Part shown: one piece after another, positions 10,882-23,400 of the stretch
How positions within the stretch are numbered: position 1 is the first letter of the stretch
Layout of the letters: every line of letters starts with the position of its first letter
From: Azolla caroliniana
Lineage: Eukaryota > Plantae > Polypodiophyta
Direction: 5' to 3'
Assembly: GCA_043228905.1 (NCBI GenBank)
Contig: JBHGNT010000012.1
Location: 18,228,001 to 18,292,000 of the forward strand
Length of the DNA: 64,000 bases
Program-made: the position numbers and the translations under genes
The notes under the pieces: generated by a model
What the model saw: only the letters and a program-made list of their open reading frames with translations
Told to the model about the DNA's origin: nothing
Database searches by the model: none

Positions 10882-12636
10882 CACCGGTTCCTGGACATCG
10901 CCGATCTTCACCGGGGTTTCCGTGGTCGCTCGGGCCCAGTGTGGTCTCGAATAGTGGCTTTCCGCCCACTCGTCTCCTAGCGCCATGTCGTCTAGGTGCG
11001 TCGTCCGCAATTCCACCGGTCTTTCCGGTTCTGTCTCCGTTGACAGCCTCTTCCGTTTCACCAAGTCCACGATGGAGTCGTTGAACTCCTTCTTGGCGAT
11101 TCCCAGCACCTCTCGTAACGACAGCTCCACCTTGCTGTCGAGGATCCGTTCCTCCAGGACCTTTCGTAAGTCCGTGGTCCTTTCTATCTCCGTCCCCAGA
11201 CGGTACCCGCCCTTCTGGGGTTTATCTTGCGTACCGGCCCCGCCGGCTTCGTCCCGTCGTGGCCCGGACCGGGTCTCGTATCGTTGTGAGGGCCCGGTCG
11301 TCCCGGGTTTCCCCACCCGCTTCTCTTCTACCAGAGCCTCGTAGTTCTGGCAAGCGGCTTCCACGAAGCCCGTCTTTTCCTCGACCGGGTCGCTCCACCC
11401 GGTCATCTCCCGTACCCGTTTCTCCGCACGGTCCGATTCCTCCCTTTTAAGCCTTGCACCGGCAAGGCCTTCCAGCATCGTCGGCCAGAATCTGGCTTTG
11501 CTTTCCCTTCGGGCCTCGCCGCCCCCGACTCGAATGCCGGCCGACGCCGAGTAGTGGACGGTTTCCGCGTGTCGGGCCGCCGCCTCTTCCATCAACCTTT
11601 TCATACCACCTCGCCCGTCGTTTCGGCTCAGGGCCCTTCGGGTGTCGCTGGCATGCACCCGTCCTTCCCACAGGTACACCACCCTGTTCCTCAGCGCCTC
11701 CGCGAAGTCGCCAGAGTCCTTCCGAATGTGGCCGACTTCATCGCACCACATGCACCTGTTTCCTGCCGCCGGCCGTCGGTCACGAGCCGGTTCGCCACCT
11801 TCCCTTCGGGCTTGCGCGATTTGGAGGTCTTTCATCGCCCTCGTCAATTCCTCCAGCACCGCTCCTCCGATTGAGCCTCTGACTACGCCGGTCGAAGCCG
11901 AACCGGTTTCCAACCACTCTCGGGTCTCTTCCTTTCGCACCTGTGGCGCTGGTTCGAGCTTCCTTGCTGCGACCGAGCCCGACCCGGTTGCCCCGTTATC
12001 CGCCCATTCTCGCCGTTTGTCGAAACGGCCACAGACTTTCTTGACAGCCGCCCAGTCGGTAGTGAGCCCGTCTTCGGTTTCCAGCAAGAGGCCCACTTGC
12101 TCCCGATCCCGCTCGTCGACCGACTTGACAAACAGCAAGACCCGGCTCGTGTCCAGGATGGTTCGGTCGAGCGCCGAAAGGCGCGCAAAGTTTTCCTCGA
12201 ACTCCCGGAGGAGTGCCGACGCGTTTCTTCCCTTCCCCGGGGACTCCACCCATTCCATGAACCTTCGCTTCGAAAGCCGGAGCGCGTCGTCCAGCCCGTA
12301 TTTCTCTAGGAGCCGACCTTCGAACTCCTCCCAGGTACGGCTCTCCGCCCGCACCTCGAGCACCTCCGCATGGATGCTCGGCATCGCCACTCGGGGAAAT
12401 CCGGCAAGACGCCTTTCTTCCGGAATGTCCCGCATCAGCATCTCTGCACCGTAGGACGCCAAATACTTCGTGGCATCCTTCCCATCGAACCAGCCGATCG
12501 TGCCGACGACCGCCTCAATAGCTCTGTCGAGGGCACCGGTGCCCTCGCGCGCGTTTACAATCCGATCCACGGCCGAAGCCATGGCCTCTGCAAGATCCGA
12601 CCCCCTCATCTTCTGCTCTTCAGCCGCCTCCTTCAC
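10882..12636 (-). CDS. gag: Gypsy B Gag, interrupted just before the protease active site
   Basis: FDGKDATKYL; knuckle CMWCDEVGHIRKDS with the last Cys replaced by Ser; homologous to gag of D, E and K. Confidence 0.88.
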
Positions 12637-12649
12637 GTCGGGTTCACCA
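12633..12649 (-). promoter_or_regulatory. Primer-binding site (tRNA-Trp) of Gypsy B
   Basis: TGGTGAACCCGACGTGA, complementary to the plant tRNA-Trp 3' end as I recall it; same motif at 27439-27455 (-) and 31099-31115 (+). Confidence 0.88.
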
Positions 12650-12653
12650 AAGA

Positions 12654-13446
12654 TGTCGAGATATTACGCAAGTGCGTGTGGAAACGAGGCGGGACCGCGG
12701 GGGTCTCGAACCAAAGAGCAAGCGAGGGAGGAGAAAGAGAGAGAACCGGCTACGCAGGACCGGGGATACACAGGGACACGGCCCTTCAGCACGGAGAACG
12801 CGAACAGACACCGACACAGACAGATGCGAATGACTAAATATGTATATTAACAAAAATGGCTAACACGACTACAACCCTCGATGGGGGCACAGGTTGGTTA
12901 CAACCGAACAGGCCGGCGAACAAATGCCGATGCTTCTTCGCTTCGACGCACAAAGGGGCAGCAGGTCGGAGGTGCTGCCGGAAGCACTCGGGCGTTCCTC
13001 GAAACAGCGCGAGCCTCCTCGGGACCCTGCACAGAAAGCTATGGAGCTCAAGAAGGAAGGAAACAGAGAGAGAAGCGTCCAGAAACGGTCCGACAGCACT
13101 TCGTCCTCTCTGCGCGAGATGCCTGCAACCGCTCTTTCCAGCTCCTTATATAGGCCGACGAGCAGGCCGTCATGTCAGCTTTATTCCCTGTCCCTTTCGA
13201 ACAGGGATCCGCTCCGTTCTTCACGCATCCGCGTAGTTACGCCGCCGACTCGTACAGTTCCTTAGCTCGCGCGCGCGACCGAAAAGACTGTTCGCGCGGT
13301 CTTTGTCTCCACTTGTGTTAGGGCCCGTTCCTGCCGATTATCCTCCTAATTCGCTTCTATGTACAACTTGGAGCGTGCGCGCGTGAAGAACCGGTTCCCA
13401 CGCCTTGGTGCGCCTATTCCGCTTATGGACGGTTTTCTTCACGACA
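12654..13446 (-). repeat. 5' LTR of Gypsy B
   Basis: Next to the PBS; TATATAAG on the minus strand near 13150. Confidence 0.95.
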
Positions 13447-13450
13447 ACGG

Positions 13451-16400
13451 TAAAGACAGGCATTTTGAACGAAGAAGCACGTCGGAGAGATAAAGAACCG
13501 ACCTCCGATCCGAAGATGCTGCTTACCGAATAGGATCGGGGAAGACAACGGAACCGGAGTCCGCAAAGACGGGAGAAGTCGGGGACCCGGTCGCAGTCAA
13601 GAGGAAGGCCCACATGCTTCCACTGTGGGAAGCCGGGGCACTTCCGAAAGAATTGTCGGCATTACCGAAAAGACAACGGAGCCGACGACACCGATTCGAA
13701 GAAGTCTTCGGAACGGAGCGGTGCTTACCGGGGAGCCACGGACCGGAATGGTTCGGATCGGCGAGAGCAGGACCGGAAAGGAACGACGGCACTCGCGGCA
13801 AGTGAAGAGGAGATCATGCTCATCACCGAAGAAGGTGAACTAAACATTGCCGGCGATGAGACTACCTGGGTGGTCGATTCCGGAGCGTCGTTCCACCTGA
13901 CCCCGGAAAGAAGATACTTCTCATCCTACACAACTGGTGAGCATGGCTGTGTTCGGATGGGAAATGAAGGTACGTGCCGGATTGCCGGCATAGGAGACGT
14001 GTGGTTGACAACCTCGACCGGATGCAAAATGTTGCTGAAGGATGTCCGACACGTTCCGGAGGTTCGATTGAACCTGATTTCGGCCGGGAGGCTAGACGAT
14101 GAACGCTACACAGGTAGCATCCGGAACGGCGTAATGAAGTTCAGCAAGGGGAGCCTGATAGTGGCTCGGCCCCGGAAAGTCAACACATTGTACCTTATGA
14201 ATGCCTGGTTGTGTCCGGAGGAGTTGAACGTGGCAGCCGACACTGCCGGTGAGCTGTGGCACAAGAGACTGTGCCACATGAGTGAGAAGGGGATGAAGAG
14301 GCTTGCAGAAGACAACCTTATTCCAGTGAAGCATGTGCACCTGGAGAAGTGCACCAATTGCCTGGCCGGTAAGCAGAACCGAATCTCCTTCCACTCAAGG
14401 CCACCGACGAGACGTAGCGCACCATTGGAGTTGGTGCACACTGACGTGTGTCAAGTAGAAACGAAGTCACATGGCGGAGCCCAGTACTTCGTGACATTCA
14501 TTGATGACCACAGCCGGAAGCTGTGGACGGCACCGTTGAAGACAAAGGACCAAGTGTTGTACGTCTTCAAAGAACTCCACGCGAGAGTGGAAAGGGAATC
14601 CGGCAAGAAGCTTAAAGAGATACGAGCGGATAACGGAGGGGAATACCGGGGGCAGTTCGAGGAGTATTGACGCTCGAAGGGAATCCGGCTCGAGTTTACT
14701 GTGCCGAAGACGCCGAAACTGAACGGGCTGGCCGAGAGGATGAACCGGACCATAATGGAGAGGGTCCGGAGTATGCTGGCGCATGCGAAATTACCCAAGG
14801 GGTTTTGGGCTGAGGCAATGTCGACGGTGACATACGTGATAAACAGATCACCCTCAGTACCTTTGGACGGAGACACGCCGCAGAGAGTGTGGACCGGTAG
14901 GGAAGTATCCTACCGGCATCTGAAGGTGTTCGGGTGTCTCGCATATGTGCATGTGGCAAAGGACCGGAGAGGAAAGGTAGATCCAAAGACCCGGCCATGC
15001 ATATTCCTCGGTTACGGCGATGACGAGTTCCGCTACCGTGTATGGGACCCGGTCGACAAAAGGATATTCCGGAGTCGTGATATCATCTTCATGGAGGACA
15101 AGACACTCGCCGACTGGGAGTCGGAGAAGAAGATGAAGAGCTCCAAGTCGACCAGTGAGGATCAACTCTACGAGGAGCAGTTCCGACCGGAAAGGGACCG
15201 GTTAGCACTCGAGGATCCGGCCGAAGACGGTGAAGAAACAGAACCGGCCGAGGAAGATGAAACTGATACCGGAACCGACCCCGATCCCGAAATGGATTCG
15301 GATGAAGAGGAAACGGAGGAGCCGGTTACCGAAGCTCCGGAACGGAGATATCCTCTAAGAGAGAGAAGGGCCCCCCGGAGATTTCCGGAACCAGAGCACG
15401 TGCTGCTAACCGACGAAGGGGAGCCGGAGAGTTTTGAAGAAGCAAAGCTTGACACCCATAGTCGCAGGTGGTTAAGTGCCATGCAGGAGGAGATGGATTC
15501 CCTGCATGAGAACCACACATATGAACTTGTGGAGTTGCCGAAAGGAAAGCGGGCACTTCGAAACAAGTGGGTGTTCAAGCTGAAACCGGGAGATGCCGGA
15601 AATTCCCCGAGATACAAAGCCAGGATCGTGGTGAAGGGGTTCCAGCAGAAGAAGGGCGTCGACTTCGACGAGATATTTGCCCCAGTAGTGAAGATGACCT
15701 CCATCCGGACGGTGCTGAGCATAGCGGCAAGCATGGACCTCGAGGTAGAACAGATGGACGTGAAGACGGCATTCCTTCACGGTGACCTCGAAGAAGAGAT
15801 CTACATGCAGCAACCGGAAGAATTCGAGAAGAAAGGGAAGGAGCACCTGGTATGCCGGTTGAAGAAGAGCCTTTACGGACTGAAGCAGGCTCCCCGGCAA
15901 TGGTACCGGAAGTTCGACTCTTTCATGACCGACGAAGGGTACCACAAAACGCAGTCCGATCACTGCGTGTTTGTGAAGAAGTTCGAAGGAGGAGACTTTC
16001 TAATACTCCTCCTGTACGTGGACGACATGTTGATCGTCGGACGGGACCAGGTCAAGATACGGATGCTGAAGAAAGCGCTTCACCGAACCTTCTCAATGAA
16101 GGACCTGGGTCCGGCGAGGCAAATACTAGGGATGCACATCATCCGGGACCGGAAGAAGAAGTAGTTGTGGCTGTCACAGGAGAAGTACGTGACAAAGGTG
16201 CTTCACCGGTTCAACATGTCGGAAGCAAGACCGGTCGGGTCAACCCTCCCGGCAAACTGCAAGTTGTCCAGCAAGCAAAGCCCCAAGACAAAGGCTGAGA
16301 AGGAGGACATGATGAAAGTACCATATGCCTCTGCCGTCGGAAGCTTGATGTACGCAATGGTGTGTACAAGACCGGACATAGGATATGCAGTCCGAGTGGT

Positions 16401-16992
16401 GAGCCGGTACATGAGCAATCCCGGTAAAGAGCACTGGAACGCGGCCAAGTGGAGACTCCGATACCTGAAGGGCACGGCAAACGTGTGCCTCCGATTCGGC
16501 TCCGGTAAGCCCGAACTCGACGGCTTTACCGATTCGGATATGTCGGCTGATGCAGATACCAGCCGGTCCACATCAGGGTATGTGATGACGTATGCAGGGG
16601 GAGCTGTTTCGTGGCAGTCGAGGCTGCAGAAGACGGTTGCGTTGTCAACCACGGAGGCGGAGTACATGGCGGCTGTTGAAGCCGGCAAGGAAATAATATG
16701 GATGAAGGACTTCATTAGAGAGCTTGGTATCCGGCAAGAGGAGTACCGACTCTACTGCGACAATCAGAGTGCCATCCACCTTGCGAAGAACGCGGCCTAT
16801 CACTCCCGGACGAAACACATCCAGCGAAGATATCACTGGATCCGGGAAAGGATAGAAGACCAGGAGTTCGTGCTGACGAAGATCCACACGGACGAGAACG
16901 GGTCAGATATGCTGACCAAAGTGCTCACACCCGACAAGCTGGAAGCGTGCCGGAAGAGGGTCGGACTGGAAAGACATCCCATGCCGAAGTGA
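13451..16992 (+). pseudogene. pol: Copia A gag-pol remainder with in-frame stops
   Basis: PR WVVDSGASFH; INT, RT and RH as in C; stops near 13531, 14668 and 16162. Confidence 0.93.
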
Positions 16993-17002
16993 AGGGGGAG
17001 TT

Positions 17003-17612
17003 TGTTGGGATTACGGTCCCTCCGGATGGGATGGTCGGATGTCCGGGAATCGGGAATGAAGACCCGAATGAGGAGTGCCCGGTTCCGGATCCGGATGATG
17101 AAGACCCGGTTTCGGAGCCGGATGATGAATGTACCCGGAGAGAGATCCGGATGCGGGGACATATTTGTGAATATGTTTGCCAAAGGCCCCTTGAGGCTAT
17201 ATTTGTAAATAGCCCGAAAGTCATATGTGTATAAATATGACTTAGGGCAAACAGTGTTGTGGTTGTTGCTCATTTTCTGTTTTTCCACTTAGAGGGAGCG
17301 AAGTGAGAGCAGCAGAGAGTGAGAGTGAGAGAGAGAGAAAGGAAGAGGTCGACGCCTCTGTGTAATACCGCCGCCTGTGGCGAGGACAGCGAGCTCAAGG
17401 TCGTCGCCTTGCAGCTCGCCATTGTACATTCCCTGCATATAGTGATAGTTGGAGTCTTGCACTCCCGTGGTTCTTTTTTGTCTAGGGTTCTCCACGTTAA
17501 ACCCTGTGCATTCGAGTCTCTCTTTGTGTTTTTTCGATTTACTGCTGCATTGATTCGTGTTTCCTCGGTTGTGGTCAAGAGGTGAAGGAATTGAAAGCGT
17601 CAATTCATAACA
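17003..17612 (+). repeat. 3' LTR of Copia A
   Basis: TGTTGGGA..ATAACA after the PPT; followed by putative TSD TGTAC. Confidence 0.95.
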
Positions 17613-20306
17613 TGTACGACGAATTCGACCAGATGTTTAGTCGTCTCCCCAATACGAACCAAGTGTTGCTTGAAGAGGACAAGACTTTGTACTTCTTGAA
17701 GGTCGTGGACATAAAGGATAGACGGGAGTTGGGGACTCTTCTTTAAGATGATACCCAAGCAAATGGGCTCGTAGCGGACTGGATCGCGGTGAAGCGGGCA
17801 TGCAATAGGCTCGACAACCGTCGCCAATGGGTTGATGACACCGACTTGACGGGACCGACTACCACGGAGAAAGCAAGACCGCCGAAAGTAGCTGAGCCGC
17901 TGAGACAAAGTAACGTGGAAGAAAAGAAGATTGATGACGACATCATTGAAGAGCTAGCGAAGAAGTTCGAGAAGGTCATGCTAGCCAACATGAATCGTCG
18001 AGGCCCTAAAGGAAAAGAACCCTTTAGATGCATGTGGTGCGATAGCATGGACCACATGAGAAGGGATTGTGCGAGCCTTCGAGAGGCGATTCGACAAAAT
18101 ATCGTATACATAGAGGACAACATGATCTGCTCAAGCGAGACTAGAAGACCCCTACGGGTGAATTTCGGAAGAGGAGGAATGAAGAAATCTATGGAGGATG
18201 CTGATGCGACTCATGTGGATGCGATGCACTATGCTGCGTCGGCCGGAATAAGAGTCGGGAAAGACAAGACTGAAGCTGCTAGAGCGGGAGCAAAGTTTTG
18301 GACTTCCGTTCTCGAATATGAGAAGAAGGGAAAAGTCACATCGAACGAGGTAGAGCTTGCGGACCGAAACATGCAAAGCATAACCGGGTGGTCGGATCCG
18401 GTGGACGACAACACCATACTCGCAGAGGTGATGTGCGACAACCACGAGGTGTTCGTCGAAGAAAAGAGAAAGAGAATAGAAGAGCAAGGGCCATCAAAAA
18501 GACATGAAACAAGGAACGCGAAAAAGAAGGACGATGCGGAGATGAGTCGACCTTTACAAACGGAGGAACGAGAATCAAGCCGAAAAGGGGAGCCGAGCAT
18601 ACGAGTTGAAGAAACGGTTCGGCCCGTGAAGGTTGGTGTCGAGGACCCCGCTCGGAGGACAAGGACCATACCTACCTATAAGCTAAGGTCGGACATAGAG
18701 CAGACGACGGACCTAAAGAAGATTCTCGAAGAACGAGTTCGTGATAGCCACGTAACTTTGTCCTTGAGGGAATTGCTTGGCATTACGAAGAAGGAGTTCC
18801 ATGACACGATCGTGGACCTTGTAAAGAGAAAGAGACAACAATCGGACGAGGAAGAAGAGAAGCCGCAAAAAGCAAAAACGAATGCCATAACGATGGCAAG
18901 AGACGAAATCGATGAAGATATGGTGGACAGCCACTACACTCGACCTCATTGGGCACGAGCGACAACGGAGACGCCGGTGAAGATCGGGGAGAAGAAAGAG
19001 ACCGTCGTAGCCTTGATCGACCACGGCTCGGAGATCAACCTCATGTCAACCGACTTCTACAAAAAAGGAAGATGGCCAATCAATACAAACCACGGATGGA
19101 AGATTCGCGCGGCAACAAAGTCTACGGAGGACTTGTACGGAGGTTGTCCCAATTTCAAAGTCACGATCGGGGATGTGGAGATGGATCAACACTTCTTCGT
19201 ACAAGAATCGGCGTCGCATCCTGTCATCCTAGGGCAACTTTATATCACATCATCTCGGATGGAGACCAAAGTGTTCGATAATGGAGCAGCCTTCACACGA
19301 ATAAAGAGTCTTGACAACCAAAGATCGGTCCAATTCCTAACAGTGCGAGCCAATCATGAAAGGAATCGAGATAGTCTCGGAGGCGAATCCTCGGATTTTT
19401 AGAGCGGACTATTGAAGCATGGGGGACAAATAGTCCGAGCAATCACAAGACCCCACAAGAAAGAAGAGTGTGTGGATTGCAAGGAGAAGCAACATGTGTC
19501 ACACCTAGTGGCGCATGTAAACTAGTACTACCTGACAAGAAGCACAAGCGCCGGATACAAGAATTTGAGAAGATGCTGAAAGAAGAGAATATAATAGAAG
19601 AAGGAGAGTTCGTGACTCATATTATGGAAGAAGCCTCATTTAACGACACCATCGGCGAAATCGAGGACGTCGTGGACTTGAGCTATCTTCACAACCAACG
19701 CGTGATTTCGGTTAACTCTGTCAACATGTATGCTATCATCGATGAATACCGTCGTGGCATCTCGATGAAGGAAGCTGACATCAACACGAAATATAAAACG
19801 GTGGATAAGAAGATCAAGCCAGTTGCGGTTCCGCTACCGGAAGATAGCTGGCAAAAGATGAAGGAAGTCGCTAACGATCCAAGCTTAAGAGATCCGAAGA
19901 AGATAGGTCATGACTTCCCTAAAGAGATGAAGGGGAAGCTACGAGTTGGAAAGGAGGATTTCCTTCTCCCTGAAGAGGAGCGAATGTTTCGCGATATGCT
20001 TAAGAGACATGGGAAGGCTTTCGCATTCTTCCCACGAGAAATCGGATGCGCCGACCCAAAGGTTATAGAGCTGACGGTGATCTTCACGGTGCCTCATGTG
20101 CCTTGGAACTTAAAACCGATACCGGTTCCGAGAGCACACCTTCCGAAGCTGATCGAGCTCTTAAAGGAGAAGGTGAGTATGGGAATTCTAGAACCGTCGA
20201 ATGCTCCTTATTCCAATAGGTGGTTCACGGTGCCGAAGAAGAATGGATCATTGCGATTCATCCAAGATCTTCAACCCGTCAACAAGGTGACAATTCGAAA
20301 TGCCGA
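17613..20306 (+). mobile_element. Gypsy D internal fragment (gag 3' part, PR, start of RT); same family as E, opposite orientation, 3'-truncated
   Basis: ORF 17789-19402 (CMWCDSMDHMRRDC, LIDHGSE) and ORF from 19468 (RT start to TIRNA), then abrupt junction. Confidence 0.92.
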
Positions 20307-20413
20307 AAATCTTCACACTATTGCCGAAAATCTTCACGACATCCACCCCCACCAAACCGCAAGTCCTCCGGTACGTGCCAAGAAGAGAGAAAGTGAGATT
20401 TCAGCTACGGTGA

Positions 20414-23400
20414 TCAATTAGATTCCTCCATGTCTTCATTTACATCCTCCCTATTATGTTCATTGTCGAGGTGATCGAGGTTAGGATCCTTGTCTTGTCT
20501 TCTCTTGAAAATCTTTACTCTTTTTCCCGCAATGGGTACGGCCAACCTTGATCCGTCTAGTTCCGCAAGGTGGTATGTGGCATTATCGTTGGCACTTGTC
20601 ACCACATATGGCCCGAACCATCTTCTTGCGAACTTCCTTGTTGTACTGTGTTGATTGTCAAGGGTGCTATCGTAAACCAAAACCCAATCCCCTTCTTCAA
20701 TCTTCTTGGGACAAAGTCGATGCGTGTTGTCGAACTGAACTTTGTTCTTTACTCGAGCTGCCTCCATCATCTTTCGCGCTTTTTCTAAATCTTCAAGTCT
20801 TCTTTCAAGCTGCCTTATCCGCGCCGCCAATAACTCTTCTCGGCTCATCTCGTTCTCCCACGGTATCGCTACCCATGAGCGATCGTCCTTTCGATGGGCA
20901 TAATCGGCTTCTGTTCATACATAAGCTACGTCGGCATATACCCTGTCACCGAGCTATGTGTCGTTCTATCGGCCCACAAGGCATAGGGTAATAGTCGTGG
21001 CCAATTCCCGACTCGACCATTTCATGCCCGTACGATGGCTTTAACGATAAGTCCATGCCCTCGCTCGATCTTCCCATTCGCTTCCAGATTGTAGGCAGTC
21101 GTGAGGGAGAGCTTCACGCCTAGTCTTTCGAAGAGCTCCATCGCTTCGTGCGCGTCCAACTCCTCTCGGTCGGCCACTATCTTCCCTACACATCCATATC
21201 GGCAAACAACCTCTTCAAGCAGAAATTTGCAAACAGCTGAAGTCGTCTTATTTGTCAAGGCTCGTCCTTCCACTTGATTTGTCAAGTCTTCCCTTGCCAG
21301 CGCTAAGTACTTCATTTGTCCCACTCCCATTGGCATCGAGACCAGATCCACCATCCATTTGAAGTGTATGGTGAGTGGGTATGTCGGTTGTAACTCATCA
21401 CGATGACATATATTTGAATATACTTGGCAAGTTTCGCATGTGGACACGAAATGGAGTACATCTTTGTACATGCTTGGCCACCAGTACTTCTCCTTCAACT
21501 TTTCGAACATCGCCCATGTTCCTCTATGACCTGCCCAAGCACTTTCGTGGAATTCGGTCATCAGCGTCTCTTGCTCTTCTTTCTTTACCACCACTCGACG
21601 TGGTATTCCTGTCCTTCTTTTTGGATGTCGCCAAAGGAATCCTCCCTTCAAGAAGTATCGGTAAGCTTTCTTTCGGATTCGTAGGGCCTCCTCCTTTGTC
21701 AATGAAGCATCTGTCGTCAATGTTCTTAGGAATCTACCGATGAGTAACCACTCTCCTTCGTACTCGTTCTCGTTGAAGGCGTGGAGGGTTTGCGTGTCCT
21801 GGTCTTCCGCCGACAATCAAGCCATCTTGAAGAAGTCGAGGGCGACATCTTCATCTTCCGAAACCATGTTACTTCCATTTGAAAATCTTGCCCTCGAGAG
21901 CATGTCAGCCATGGCGTTCTTCTTCCCTGCAATGTGACGGATCTCTAGGTTTAAAGACTTGATGTAGGCGATCCACCTTAACATAGCAAGATCTGGGGTC
22001 GCACATCCCGAGACCATTCCGAGAATTGGGAGACAATCTGTCTCTATTATCACTTCTGACCTGATCAGGTAATCTTTGTTCGTCTTTATTGCCGACACAA
22101 TACCCCAAAGTTCCCGCTTGACTTGGGCATATCTTTGTTGTCGTTCGCTGTGAACCTTTGCTCCGAACCGGACGGCATATCGCGCATTATCTTCACCTTC
22201 TTGATTGATGACCCACCCGATTCCGGTTGGGCTCGTATCTACGGTCACGTAAATTGGTTTCCCTTCGGCATAGTCGGCCTTCCTTAGTGTCGGAGCTTCA
22301 AGAAGCAGTTTCTTTAATCTTCGCATCGCATTTGTGTGCTCGTCTCGCCATTCGAACTTCATTCTTTTCTTTAGTAGTCCATATAACGGTTCGGCGACAT
22401 GAGCGTAGTGAGGAATCCATATATGATAAAACGCGCACGCTCCAAGGAACCTTTGAACCTCTGTTTGGTTTTCGCATTCTTCTTTCATGTCTTGTATTGC
22501 GTTCACTTTGGATGGCGAGGGCTTCCGGCCATATGCTCCACACAAGTGACCTACCACCAAGATCTCTGGTTGCCCGAATGCGGATTTTTCTCCCGAAAAT
22601 GTCAAATTCGCATCTTCCAGCCTTTGAAGCACCTTCTCGCAATCTTTCATATGATCCGCAACGAACTTTCTACAACCTTCCTTATCTTTCGATTCATCTT
22701 TCTCCTCATCCGAACATCCTTTTATCGGAATATCATCCAAGAATGGCATCGTGATGTCCGGGATGCAATCCTTCAAGACTTTATTCATGGCATTCACCAT
22801 ATGAGCCACCGAGTTTGTTGCGCCTTGGGGTAAGGTACACATCCGCACAAGCCCGATTGGAGTCCTCATGGTTGTAATGTCCCGACTGTCGATCGCCAAT
22901 TGGAATTGGTCATATCCGGAGTAGAGATCGCCAATGGAGTAGATGGACCGGCCTGCAAACGCTTCAACAAATTCGTCCACGCTTGGACCGATTCCGGCAT
23001 TTTGAATTGTCACGTTGTTGACGGGTTGAAGATCTTGGATGAATCGCAATGATCCATTCTTCTTTGGCACCGTGAACCACCTATTGGAATAAGGAGCATT
23101 CGACGGTTCTAGAGTTCCCATACTCACCTTCTCCATTAAGAGCTCGATCAGCTTCGAAAGGTGTGCTCTCGGAACCGGTATCGGTTTCAAATTCCAAGGC
23201 ACATGAGGCACCGTGAAGATCACCATCGGCTCTATAACCTTTGGGTCAGCGCATCCAATTTCTCGTGGGAAGAATGCGAAAGCCTTCCCATGTCTCTCAA
23301 GCATATCGCGAAACATTCGCTCCTCTTCAGGGAGAAGGAAATCCTCCTTTCCAACTCGTAGCTTCCCCTTCGTCTCTTTGGTGAAGACATGACCTATCTT

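Larger units (their letters stand above)
757..13446 (-). mobile_element. Ty3/Gypsy LTR retrotransposon B (non-chromovirus, Phygy-like), split by Copia C
   Basis: 793-bp LTRs 757-1549 and 12654-13446 with TGTCG..CGACA ends; TSD ACGG at 753-756 and 13447-13450; tRNA-Trp PBS; PPT next to 1550; order gag-PR-RT-RH-INT on the minus strand. Confidence 0.96.
1..17612 (+). mobile_element. Ty1/Copia LTR retrotransposon A (Tork/Tnt1-like), split by Gypsy B; 5' LTR starts upstream of the window
   Basis: 1-193 matches the end of LTR 17003-17612; PBS TGGTATCAGAGC 197-208; gag from ATG 225 breaks at 756 and resumes at 13451; order PR-INT-RT-RH; PPT GAAGGGGGAG 16991-17000. Confidence 0.95.

Noticed and set aside
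11642-12454. Long antisense ORFs opposite Gypsy and Copia genes, also 4375-5184 and 8611-9168
   Set aside because: Expected shadows of GC-rich coding sequence; no recognisable motifs
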